A stretch of DNA of 64,000 nt, taken from positions 723,710-787,709 of the forward strand of contig JADJUS010000003.1 of assembly GCA_016716905.1 (NCBI GenBank), read 5' to 3'. The notes under the pieces are model-generated. The model was not told the origin of the DNA. It did not search any database and saw nothing but the letters and a program-made list of their open reading frames with translations. Below, piece after piece: positions 17,634-26,244 of the stretch. Source of the DNA: Acidobacteriota bacterium. Its GTDB lineage: Bacteria > Acidobacteriota > Vicinamibacteria > Vicinamibacterales > SCN-69-37. The position numbers were made by a program, and so were the translations under genes. Positions within the stretch are counted from its first letter, which is position 1, and each line of letters begins with the position of its first letter.

Positions 17634-19649
17634 ATGCCCTCCCTTGACGACCGCTTCGAACTGGAATCGGACTTCGAGCTGCGTGGCGACCAACCGGCCG
17701 CGATTACGCAGTTGGTGGATGGCCTGCAGCGCGGCGATCCGGCGCAGGTTCTGCTGGGCGTCACCGGCTCAGGCAAGACCTTCACCATGGCGCATGTGGT
17801 GGCCACCGTAAACCGGCCGACGCTGGTGATGGTGCACAACAAGACCCTGGCGGCCCAGCTGTACCAGGAGTTTCGCCGGTTCTTTCCGCGCAACGCCGTG
17901 GAGTACTTCGTCAGCTACTACGACTACTACCAGCCCGAGGCGTTCATGCCGGCCTCGGGGACGTACATCGAGAAGGAATCGATCGTCAACGAAGAGATCG
18001 ATCGGCTCCGCCTTTCGGCCACCCGCTCGCTCTTCGAGCGCCGCGACGTACTCATCGTCGCCTCGGTGTCCTGCATCTATGGCCTCGGATCGCCTGAGGC
18101 GTATTACGGGCTGGTGGTCGAAGTGCGCAAGGGCGACACCCTGGGCCGCGATGCGTTCCTGAGGCAGCTGGTGGAGATTCAGTACGAACGCAACGACCAC
18201 GAGTTCACCAGAGGCACGTTCCGGGTGCGCGGGGACATTGTGGAGGTCTATCCTTCGTACGAAGATATTGGCATCCGGGTGGGGTACTTCGGCGACGAAG
18301 TGGACGACCTGGTCACATTCGACCCGCTGACCGGCCGAGTGGTGCGCTCGCACGACCGCATCTCAGTGTTCCCGAAGACACACTTTGTCACGCCGCGATC
18401 AAAGACACTACAGGCGGTGGAACGCATCAAGGCGGAATTGACCGAGCGGCTGGCCGAGCTCGACGGGGCAGGCCGCGTCCTGGAATCGCAGCGCCTGCAC
18501 CAGCGGACGATGTTCGACTTGGAGATGATGAAGGAAATCGGGTACTGCCACGGGATTGAGAACTACTCGCGGCACCTGTCCGGGCGCTCGGCGGGCGAAC
18601 CACCGCCGACCCTGCTCGACTACCTGCCCGAAGATGCGTTGCTCATCGTGGACGAGAGCCATCAGACGGTGCCCCAGGTGCGCGGCATGTACCACGGCGA
18701 TCGCGCGCGCAAGGAAGTGCTTGTGGAGTACGGATTCCGCCTGCCGTCAGCGCTCGACAACCGTCCGCTCAGCTTTGACGAGTGGGAAGAGCGTCGCCGC
18801 CAGGTGGTGTATGTGAGCGCCACGCCAGGGCCGTATGAACTCAGTCAAGCCGCCGGTGTGGTGGTGGAGCAGATCATCCGTCCGACGGGGTTGGTGGATC
18901 CCGTCATTGACGTGCGCCCGGTGGCGGGGCAGGTCGATGACCTGCTGGCCGAGATTCGAGAGGTCGCCGCTCGCGGTGAACGCACGCTGGTGACCGTGCT
19001 GACCAAACGCATGGCCGAAGACCTGACGCAGTACTACCAGGAACTGGGCGTGCGCGTGCGGTACCTGCATTCAGACATCGACACGCTGGAGCGGGTGGAC
19101 ATCCTGCGCAACCTCCGTATGGGCACGTTCGACGTGCTCGTGGGCATCAACCTGCTTCGTGAAGGTCTCGACCTGCCCGAGGTGTCGCTTGTGGCTGTGC
19201 TCGATGCCGACAAGGAAGGCTTCCTGCGCTCAGCCGGGGCGCTGATCCAGACGATGGGGCGGGCGGCGAGGCATGTGCGGGGGCGTGCGGTGCTGTATGC
19301 CGACCGCATGACCAATTCCATGCGCCAGGCCATCGACGAGACCGAGCGTCGGCGGCGGGTGCAGGAAGCCTACAACCTGGAGCATGGCATTACGCCCGCG
19401 TCCATCGTGAAACAGATCGATGATGTGATGTCGAGCGTCTACGAGCGCGACTATCTGACGGTGCCGCGGGTGGAAGAACCCCAACAGACGTTCCGCTCAA
19501 GGGCCGAGCTGGATCGGAAGATCGCGGACCTTGAGCGCGACATGAAGGCGGCGGCCGCAAACCTGGAGTTCGAACGCGCGGCGAGCGTGCGCGACGAACT
19601 TCGCCGGCTGCGGGATCCCGGCCGTGCCCTGGTGGGCGGGGAGAGCTGA
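17634..19649 (+). CDS. uvrB: Excinuclease ABC subunit B
   Basis: [69 protein letters not shown]-terminal LEFERAA. Confidence 0.98.
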   Translation: MPSLDDRFELESDFELRGDQPAAITQLVDGLQRGDPAQVLLGVTGSGKTFTMAHVVATVNRPTLVMVHNKTLAAQLYQEFRRFFPRNAVEYFVSYYDYYQPEAFMPASGTYIEKESIVNEEIDRLRLSATRSLFERRDVLIVASVSCIYGLGSPEAYYGLVVEVRKGDTLGRDAFLRQLVEIQYERNDHEFTRGTFRVRGDIVEVYPSYEDIGIRVGYFGDEVDDLVTFDPLTGRVVRSHDRISVFPKTHFVTPRSKTLQAVERIKAELTERLAELDGAGRVLESQRLHQRTMFDLEMMKEIGYCHGIENYSRHLSGRSAGEPPPTLLDYLPEDALLIVDESHQTVPQVRGMYHGDRARKEVLVEYGFRLPSALDNRPLSFDEWEERRRQVVYVSATPGPYELSQAAGVVVEQIIRPTGLVDPVIDVRPVAGQVDDLLAEIREVAARGERTLVTVLTKRMAEDLTQYYQELGVRVRYLHSDIDTLERVDILRNLRMGTFDVLVGINLLREGLDLPEVSLVAVLDADKEGFLRSAGALIQTMGRAARHVRGRAVLYADRMTNSMRQAIDETERRRRVQEAYNLEHGITPASIVKQIDDVMSSVYERDYLTVPRVEEPQQTFRSRAELDRKIADLERDMKAAAANLEFERAASVRDELRRLRDPGRALVGGES

Positions 19650-20423
19650 GTGTCGTCTATTGTGGTGAACGGCATCAAGAGGGCCTTGCTCGAGGTACAG
19701 GACTACTTCAAGCTGCTCGGACAAATTGCGCGGGGACTCACGTCGCGACCGGTCTACTTTCGCGACATCGTCGAACAGTTCGAGGATATTGGGTTGGGCT
19801 CGTTGACGGTGGTGTTGCTGACCGGCACGTTCACGGGCATGGTGCTGGCGCTGCAGTCGGGCATCACGCTGGATCAGTTCGGCGCACGTTCGATGGTCGG
19901 CCGGCTCGTCAGCGCCTCAATGGTCAAGGAACTGGGGCCGGTGCTGACGGCGTTGATGGTGACCGGGCGGGTCGGGTCGGGCATCGCGGCCGAGCTCGGA
20001 TCGATGATGGTGACGGATCAAATCAGCGCACTGCGCGCGCTCGGGACGGATCCCGTGCGTAAGCTGGTGGTGCCGCGCGTGCTGGCGGGCATCATCATGG
20101 TGCCGGTCCTGACCATCGTGGCCGATGCCGTCGGCATGGTCGGCGCGTGGCTGATCACGACCACCCAACTGAAGGTGGCGGGCAGCGTGTTCTGGAACTC
20201 AGTAGTGATGGGGCTCTACATCCAGGACGTCTGGATGGGCATCATCAAGCCGTTTTTCCTGGGCTTCGCGCTTGTGACCATTGCCTGCCATGTCGGACTC
20301 CGTACCAAGGGCGGCACGCAGGGTGTGGGACGGGCGACGACCAACGCCGTGGTGGGCGGATCGGTGGCCGTGCTGATTGTGGATTTTCTCGTGACGAAGT
20401 TGTTGATTTCGTTGATGTATTGA
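19650..20423 (+). CDS. mlaE: MlaE-family ABC permease
   Basis: KELGPVLTALMVTGRVGSGIAAELGSM, ALRALG-x-DPVR-x-LVVPR, GVGRATT. Confidence 0.9.
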   Translation: MSSIVVNGIKRALLEVQDYFKLLGQIARGLTSRPVYFRDIVEQFEDIGLGSLTVVLLTGTFTGMVLALQSGITLDQFGARSMVGRLVSASMVKELGPVLTALMVTGRVGSGIAAELGSMMVTDQISALRALGTDPVRKLVVPRVLAGIIMVPVLTIVADAVGMVGAWLITTTQLKVAGSVFWNSVVMGLYIQDVWMGIIKPFFLGFALVTIACHVGLRTKGGTQGVGRATTNAVVGGSVAVLIVDFLVTKLLISLMY

Positions 20424-20427
20424 CGCC

Positions 20428-21279
20428 ATGGCACTGACTGAACGCGAACGGGCGATGCTGGAGCCGCCGACGATCACCGAGTCTGACGATCCGGTCATTG
20501 TCTTTGACGAGGTGTCTCTGGCCTTCGACGAGCAAGTCATCCTCGATCGCGTGAGTTTCCAGCTCCTGGCCGGCCGGATGAAGATCATTCTTGGCGGCAG
20601 TGGCGTGGGCAAGTCCACGGTGCTGAAGCTCATCCTGGGCCTGCTCAAGCCTGACGGCGGTCAGATTCTGGTGAATGGCCGGCGTGTTGATGACCTGGAC
20701 GAGCAGGACTACATGGCCGTCCGCGACGAACTGGGCATGGTCTTTCAGGAGGGCGCGTTGTTCGACTCCCTCACGGTGAGGGAAAACGTGGGCTACAAGC
20801 TGTTCGAGGAGACGGCCATCCCGATCGATCAGGTTGACGGCCGCGTGAAAGAGGTGCTGGGTTTTGTCGGCCTTGACGAGTTCTTCCTGCGGATGCCGTC
20901 CGAACTGTCCGGCGGCCAGCGCCGGCGTGTGGCCATTGCCCGGGCATTGGCGGCACGGCCCAAGATCCTGCTCTACGACGAACCCACAACCGGTCTGGAT
21001 CCCATCACCGCCGTCACCATCGATGACGAGATCATCAAGTTGCGGGACCTGGAAGAAGTCAGTGCCTTGCTGGTGACACACCAGTTGCGGGACGCGTTTT
21101 ATGTGGCGTCCCACGAAGCCGTGAAGGAGGGAGACACCATCAAATTTGTCCCCGCTTCACCGAAGAAACTTGCAGAAACCACGTTCGTCATGCTGAAGGA
21201 CAGCCGGGTGTTATTTGAGGGCACGCTGCCGGAGCTTCGCGCGTCGGCCGACCCGTATCTTCAGTCGTTTCTGTCGTAG
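20428..21279 (+). CDS. mlaF: MlaF/Mkl-family ABC ATPase
   Basis: GGSGVGKS, FQEGALFDS-x-TV-x-ENV, LSGGQ, LYDEPTTGLDP; lies between mlaE and an MCE gene. Confidence 0.88.
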   Translation: MALTERERAMLEPPTITESDDPVIVFDEVSLAFDEQVILDRVSFQLLAGRMKIILGGSGVGKSTVLKLILGLLKPDGGQILVNGRRVDDLDEQDYMAVRDELGMVFQEGALFDSLTVRENVGYKLFEETAIPIDQVDGRVKEVLGFVGLDEFFLRMPSELSGGQRRRVAIARALAARPKILLYDEPTTGLDPITAVTIDDEIIKLRDLEEVSALLVTHQLRDAFYVASHEAVKEGDTIKFVPASPKKLAETTFVMLKDSRVLFEGTLPELRASADPYLQSFLS

Positions 21280-21297
21280 AAAAGAGAGAGCACGCAC

Positions 21298-22344
21298 ATG
21301 CCACGAACACGATCGATTGCCTGGGCCCAGTTGAAGATCGGCATCATCGGCGTTGCCGCCATTGCGCTGGCAACATTGTTGATCCTTGCCGTGGGCGGCC
21401 AAGGGGGCTTCTTCTGGGAGCGGTATCCCATCAAGGCCCTGTTCAACGATGTCGTGGGCATGAAGTCCGGCGCCATCGTCCGCGTCGCCGGCAGCGACGT
21501 GGGCAAAGTCACCTCCGTCGAGTTTTCCGGCGCGCGGGTGGAGGTGGTGCTGGAAGTATCGAAGGACGTCAGGCACCTCATCACCGATCAATCGGTGGGT
21601 AGCCTTGGATCATTGAGCCTGCTCGGTGAACCCATTGTGGTCATCACCCCGGCGCCGCAGGGGCAGCCGCTGCCGGATTGGGCGTATCTGAAGACCAGCC
21701 AGTCGGCGGGAGCGGTGGCCGAGGCCGCGGCTGCGGCCACCGGTGCGCTTGCCACCACTCAGGACCTGTTGAAGGGCCTGAACGAGGGGCGCGGCACGAT
21801 GGGCAAACTCATGACCGATGAGGCCCTGTACGCCGAAATGACGGCCATGGCGAAAGCCGCCAATGCCGTGACTCAGCAGATCAATTCCGGCAAGGGGACG
21901 CTGGGCGCGCTGATGAATGATCCGGCGGCGTATAACTCCATGCGCGCCTCGCTGACTGAACTTGAAGGCATGCTCGCCAAGGTGCGGCGCGGCGAAGGGT
22001 CCCTCGGCGTGTTGATGAATGACCCGGCCTTGAGCAAGTCCCTGACCGCGGCCAGCGCCAGCATGGAGGCCATCGCGGGCCGGATCAACCGCGGTGAGGG
22101 CACCGTGGGCAAGCTCTTGAATGAGGACGAGCTCTACACACGGCTGGACGCCCTCACGACCCGGCTGGACAGCCTGGTTTCGGGCCTCTCGTCGGGGCAG
22201 GGCACCGCCGGTCAGCTGCTGCAGGACAAGCGCCTTTATGACAACATGAATGCAGCAGCAACCAGCCTGAATGAGCTGATTGCGGAGATCAAGAAAGACC
22301 CGAAGAAGTACCTGACCGTGAGGGTCAGCATCTTCGGAGGCTAA
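21298..22344 (+). CDS. mlaD: MCE/MlaD-family protein with a long helical repeat region
   Basis: N-terminal TM, MCE domain (V-x-x-AG-x-DVG-x-V, LLGE), five G-T-x-G-x-L-x-x-D repeats, DIKK-like end (KKDPKKYL). Confidence 0.85.
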   Translation: MPRTRSIAWAQLKIGIIGVAAIALATLLILAVGGQGGFFWERYPIKALFNDVVGMKSGAIVRVAGSDVGKVTSVEFSGARVEVVLEVSKDVRHLITDQSVGSLGSLSLLGEPIVVITPAPQGQPLPDWAYLKTSQSAGAVAEAAAAATGALATTQDLLKGLNEGRGTMGKLMTDEALYAEMTAMAKAANAVTQQINSGKGTLGALMNDPAAYNSMRASLTELEGMLAKVRRGEGSLGVLMNDPALSKSLTAASASMEAIAGRINRGEGTVGKLLNEDELYTRLDALTTRLDSLVSGLSSGQGTAGQLLQDKRLYDNMNAAATSLNELIAEIKKDPKKYLTVRVSIFGG

Positions 22345-22362
22345 CCAACGAAGGAGAACAGC

Positions 22363-22632
22363 ATGTCGAATGACAACAACTCGGCGGTTCCGGTGCTGAT
22401 GGCGTTTGTGCTGGGTGCGGCGGCCGGCGCGGCGGTGGCGTTGCTGTATGCCCCGGCCACGGGCGAAGAGACACGCCGGCGTATCAAGGACAAGGCGCGC
22501 GAGGGGCGCGACAAGGCCGAGGCGGTGGCCCGCGACGGTCGTGAGTTCCTGAAACGCCAGCGCGAGAACCTTGGGGCCGCGGTGGAGCGGGGGAAAGAGG
22601 CGTTTGAACAGACCCGCAAGGAGACTCTGTGA
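22363..22632 (+). CDS. YtxH-like protein
   Basis: F-x-x-GA-x-x-GA-x-x-ALL-x-AP-x-x-GEETR followed by a charged helix. Confidence 0.8.
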   Translation: MSNDNNSAVPVLMAFVLGAAAGAAVALLYAPATGEETRRRIKDKAREGRDKAEAVARDGREFLKRQRENLGAAVERGKEAFEQTRKETL

Positions 22633-23039
22633 CCGAGGTCTGGCTCGGCGTCATCGCGGTCGCGGTGGCCGTGATGGCGATCCTGCAGATCGCGGTGCTT
22701 CTGCGGTTGTCGCAGGTCGCGCGCGAGGCGTCGGAGGCCACGCGCGATCTGCGGCGCGAACTGACTCCGCTCATCGCCAAGGCGCACAAGATTGCCGATG
22801 ACGCCGGGCGGGTGAGCGCGTTGGCACTGACGCAGGTCGAACGGGTCGATCAGTTGTTTGAGAGCACGGCCCTGCGGATTGACGAGACGATGCAGACGGT
22901 GCAGGACACCCTGATCCGGCCGGTGCGCCAGGGCGCGGCCGTGATGGCCGGCGTCAAGGCCGCGCTGGCCGTGTTTCGCGCGCGCCAGGATCGCGGCCGA
23001 TACGACCGCGACGACGACGACGCGCTGTTTATCGGATAA
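22629..23039 (+). CDS. DUF948/YoxC-like membrane-anchored coiled-coil protein
   Basis: N-terminal TM then amphipathic helices; GTGA overlap with the YtxH-like gene, a pairing typical of these families. Confidence 0.55.
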   Translation: MTEVWLGVIAVAVAVMAILQIAVLLRLSQVAREASEATRDLRRELTPLIAKAHKIADDAGRVSALALTQVERVDQLFESTALRIDETMQTVQDTLIRPVRQGAAVMAGVKAALAVFRARQDRGRYDRDDDDALFIG

Positions 23040-23103
23040 TTTTCGCGCGGCGACTTGGCGAGCGGGCGCCTGGTGCGATACGCTTGTCGGGTTTGATTCG
23101 GTT

Positions 23104-23179
23104 GGGCGCTTGGCTCAGTTGGTAGAGCACCGCCTTCACACGGCGGGGGTCACTGGTTCGAGTCCAGTAGCGCCCACCA
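23104..23179 (+). tRNA. tRNA-Val (anticodon CAC), CCA encoded
   Basis: Cloverleaf folded by hand: acceptor GGGCGCT/AGCGCCC, D arm GCTC/GAGC, anticodon stem CCGCC/GGCGG with loop TTCACAC, T arm ACTGG-TTCGAGT-CCAGT; 76 nt. Confidence 0.97.
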
Positions 23180-23191
23180 ACCTTCGCTAAA

Positions 23192-23233
23192 CGCTCGCTT
23201 CGCTCGCAGCTACGGCTGGCGGGCCAGTGAGCG
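23192..23233 (+). other. Structured tRNA trailer (nested hairpin capped by a c(UACG)g tetraloop)
   Basis: 23192-23198 pairs with 23227-23233; 23202-23210 pairs with 23215-23224 (one bulge); loop TACG. Confidence 0.55.
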
Positions 23234-23298
23234 GGCAGGCGACGGTTGCCCTCGGGGATCTGCAATCTGGTCACCATCGGGTAGAACGGCCGGTCATC

Positions 23299-23994
23299 AT
23301 GATCAAGCTGCTCATCGCCGCGATCGTCACCGCCGGACTGGCCCCAGTTCGTGCGCAACAGGTCTACCTCACACCATCGGAAGTGGCCGACGCCATCAAA
23401 CAAGGCCAGGCCGGTAAGTCGCTTCAAAAAAAATGCCGCGCGTCAGGCGAGAACGGTTTCGACATCATCGTGGAAGGCCCGACTGGCCGCACAATGCGCG
23501 CGGCGCGCGAAGCCAAGGCGCAGGGGCGTGTGTTTACTCCAGACGACGTCAGTCTCGCGCTGGGCGGTCCGTTCCTCACGGTGACCGCCAGGCGTGACCA
23601 CACACTCACCGCAGCCAGTCTCGCCGAGCCACTGCCCGGCGCGCCGGGCATGTGGGTGTTACCGGAGTTTGCCAAGGACGAGCGCCGGTTAAACATGTTT
23701 ACGCAGCGCGGTTCGTATCGCGCGGATATCGTGCTGCGGGCCCGGCCGGCGGGTTCCCGCGAGCCGGTGGTGCTCAAGCCGATGGCGCCGGCCGTCTATA
23801 CCGGGACCGAAGGCACCTGGAACAGCAAGACCCGCACCCATCGTCCGCTTCCAGACACCAACATGAGCGCCACGTTCGACCTCGTGGCGTTCCGGGCGCT
23901 GCCACCATCCACCGTGGACGTGGTGGTCTTCATGTCTGATGCGGGCGAGCATCGCTGCAAGATCAGCGACAAAGACCGGCAGACCATTCGATAG
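23299..23994 (+). CDS. Hypothetical secreted protein
   Basis: MIKLLIAAIVTAGLAPVRAQQ is a typical signal peptide; no recognisable family. Confidence 0.6.
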   Translation: MIKLLIAAIVTAGLAPVRAQQVYLTPSEVADAIKQGQAGKSLQKKCRASGENGFDIIVEGPTGRTMRAAREAKAQGRVFTPDDVSLALGGPFLTVTARRDHTLTAASLAEPLPGAPGMWVLPEFAKDERRLNMFTQRGSYRADIVLRARPAGSREPVVLKPMAPAVYTGTEGTWNSKTRTHRPLPDTNMSATFDLVAFRALPPSTVDVVVFMSDAGEHRCKISDKDRQTIR

Positions 23995-24022
23995 CCCGGA
24001 CGGGGTAGGATGGCTACCACGC

Positions 24023-26173
24023 ATGGAGCTCCTATCGCCGAAGGTCCCGAGGCTCCGTGAGATCGCGCTGGTGGCGGCCGTGTTCACTGCTGTGACGGCG
24101 TTTGTCATGTGGCCTCTGTTCGGCGTGATGGCGGACCACTTTCCGATCGCGGCGTCCGACTCGAAGCTGAACGCGTGGGTGCTGGCCTGGGGTGCGGACC
24201 GCTTGCCGTACGGGCTGGACGGGTTCTGGACCCCGCCGATTTTTTATCCGTACCTGAACACGCTGGCCTATTCAGAGAACCTGCTCGGCGTGGCAGTGAT
24301 CGTGGCGCCCGTGCAGTGGATCTTCGGCAATCCCACGCTGACATACAACATTGCGTTCCTGCTGTCGTTTGTCGTGGCGGGAACCACCGCGTATTTGCTC
24401 GCCCTCACCGTCACAGGCAGTCGAAGCGCGGCCCTCATCGCCGGATTCGGCTTCGCCTTCACGCCGTATCGCTGGGCACAACTCACGCACCTGCATGTGT
24501 TGTGGAGTGCCTGGCTGCCGCTGGTGTTATGGGCGCTGCATGGCGCGCTCCGCACGCATCGATGGTCGTTCTGGCTGGTCTGTGTCGCGGCCGTGTTGCT
24601 GCAGGTGTCCTCGAGCGGGTACTCGGCTTTTCAAGTGGCCATGGCCTGCGGCTTCGTCGGGCTGGCCGGCGCCATCCGGTACGGCGTGAGTGCGGTGGCG
24701 CTTCGACGGATGGCCCTCGCGGGCCTTGCGGCCGCCGTCCTGCTGTCTTCAACAGTCGTGGCCTATTACCACGTGTGGGTCGCGCGTGAACCCACACCAG
24801 GCGATCTCGTGGCCTACAGTGCCGACCTGGGGACGTATATGAACGTGCACCCGGCCCTGCCCGCGGCTCGGTGGTTGAGCGCAGTGGCCCAGGATGAAGG
24901 ACACCTCTTTCCCGGCTTCGTCATCCTCGTCCTCGCAGCAGTCGCTCTGGTCCCGATGGGCGGGCGGAGATTGGTGACACGGTGGCGCTGGGCCTATCTC
25001 GCACTGGCGGTCGCCGCCGTGCTCGCGTCGCTTGGGCCGGAACCGCGCGCGTGGGGCCACGCGCTGCCGATTCCGAAAGTGTACGAGTGGCTCGCGGTGC
25101 ATCTGCCTCTCTTTGACGCGATGCGCGTGCCGGCACGGTTCGGCGTAGTGGCCATCCTGGCGTTCACCGTGCTTGCCGCCATCGGGGCAGCGCGTGCGAC
25201 CAGGGGGATAAGTCGTCGCCCGCTGGTGATCGTGACAGCCTTGGTAGGCGCCATCATCGTGTGGGAAGGGTATGGCGGCCCACTGCCGGTCATGACGAAT
25301 GCCCTGGCGAGTGGCGCGGGCGACGATGCCGCGTATGAGTGGTTGATTGGGCAGCCCACCGGTCCGGTGCTCGTGCTGCCAATGGCCACCCTGGGCGGCA
25401 GGTTCACGATGCACCAGCAGTACGGAGCGCTCAAGCACCGGCATCCGGTGGTGGACGGCGTTGGCCGGGCGGATACGCCGCTTGTGCAGTGGCTGAGCGG
25501 ATCCGCCTCGCCGCTGGTTGTACCCGAAGAGCTGCCTCGGGCGGTTTCGTTCCTGCGTGGCCTGGGTGTGCGTTACGTGATGATGCGCCGCCACTCGTTT
25601 CGCGATCCAGGCATCGAGGCACGCTTGTACGACGTGTTCGAAGCTGACGCCGCACTCGTCGAACGCGGCCGTTTCGAGAACGTCGTGATCTGGGAGATCG
25701 ATCCCGGGCCCGTCGCGACGCCGGTCGAGCAGGTGCTGACGGGAATTCCCAGCGAGGCCATTTCGTTGTCGGCGTCCGAGAATGCCGACCGCATTCTCCT
25801 GGCGATGGATGGCAACGCCAGCTCGCGGTGGGTCAGCCGGTCTCAGGACGGATCAGAATGGGTGGCGATTGACTTCGACCGGCCCCGTAACCTCGCTCGC
25901 ATTGACTTCGTCATGCACCCACGCAGCGACATTCACTATCCACGATTGCTGGAGATCGTGGCGACCGGCAGGGGAGGCGGAGGCGCCGAGACGTTGCTCT
26001 TTGCCGGGTCCCTCCTGCCGCAATTGGGGCGTGGCTGGAAAGTGTCGCCGGAGCGGCCCGTGGCCTCTCTCGACCTGCCGTCGTACGTCACCTCGCGTGT
26101 CTTGATTCGCCAACGTGGGCGAGCCAATCTCTGGTGGGCGATCGACGAGTTGCGGCTCTGGGAACGGCAGTAG
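24023..26173 (+). CDS. Multi-TM GT-C/YfhO-like glycosyltransferase with a C-terminal discoidin (F5/8 type C, CBM32-like) domain
   Basis: D-x-x-LNAWVLAW, PIFYPY-x-NTLAYSE, ~12 hydrophobic segments, MRVPARF, C-terminal AMDGN-x-x-SRW...EWVAIDF...WAIDEL. Confidence 0.7.
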   Translation: MELLSPKVPRLREIALVAAVFTAVTAFVMWPLFGVMADHFPIAASDSKLNAWVLAWGADRLPYGLDGFWTPPIFYPYLNTLAYSENLLGVAVIVAPVQWIFGNPTLTYNIAFLLSFVVAGTTAYLLALTVTGSRSAALIAGFGFAFTPYRWAQLTHLHVLWSAWLPLVLWALHGALRTHRWSFWLVCVAAVLLQVSSSGYSAFQVAMACGFVGLAGAIRYGVSAVALRRMALAGLAAAVLLSSTVVAYYHVWVAREPTPGDLVAYSADLGTYMNVHPALPAARWLSAVAQDEGHLFPGFVILVLAAVALVPMGGRRLVTRWRWAYLALAVAAVLASLGPEPRAWGHALPIPKVYEWLAVHLPLFDAMRVPARFGVVAILAFTVLAAIGAARATRGISRRPLVIVTALVGAIIVWEGYGGPLPVMTNALASGAGDDAAYEWLIGQPTGPVLVLPMATLGGRFTMHQQYGALKHRHPVVDGVGRADTPLVQWLSGSASPLVVPEELPRAVSFLRGLGVRYVMMRRHSFRDPGIEARLYDVFEADAALVERGRFENVVIWEIDPGPVATPVEQVLTGIPSEAISLSASENADRILLAMDGNASSRWVSRSQDGSEWVAIDFDRPRNLARIDFVMHPRSDIHYPRLLEIVATGRGGGGAETLLFAGSLLPQLGRGWKVSPERPVASLDLPSYVTSRVLIRQRGRANLWWAIDELRLWERQ

Positions 26174-26177
26174 ACCG

Positions 26178-26236
26178 AAATGACCTCTGAGGTAATTACC
26201 GGTCACTGCCGACGGTAATTACCTCAGAGGTCGTTT
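26178..26236. repeat. 24-bp-stem hairpin between convergent genes; each arm carries ACCTCWGAGGT and GGTAATTACC palindromes; probable bidirectional terminator or REP-like element
   Basis: 26178-26201 pairs with 26213-26236 (one G-U); shares ACCTCWGAGGTCGTTTT with 5170-5186. Confidence 0.85.
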
Positions 26237-26244
26237 TGATTGTC

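Noticed and set aside
23104-26237. Integrative element or prophage at tRNA-Val
   Set aside because: No integrase, no phage genes, and no duplicated tRNA 3' end (att site) seen in the window.
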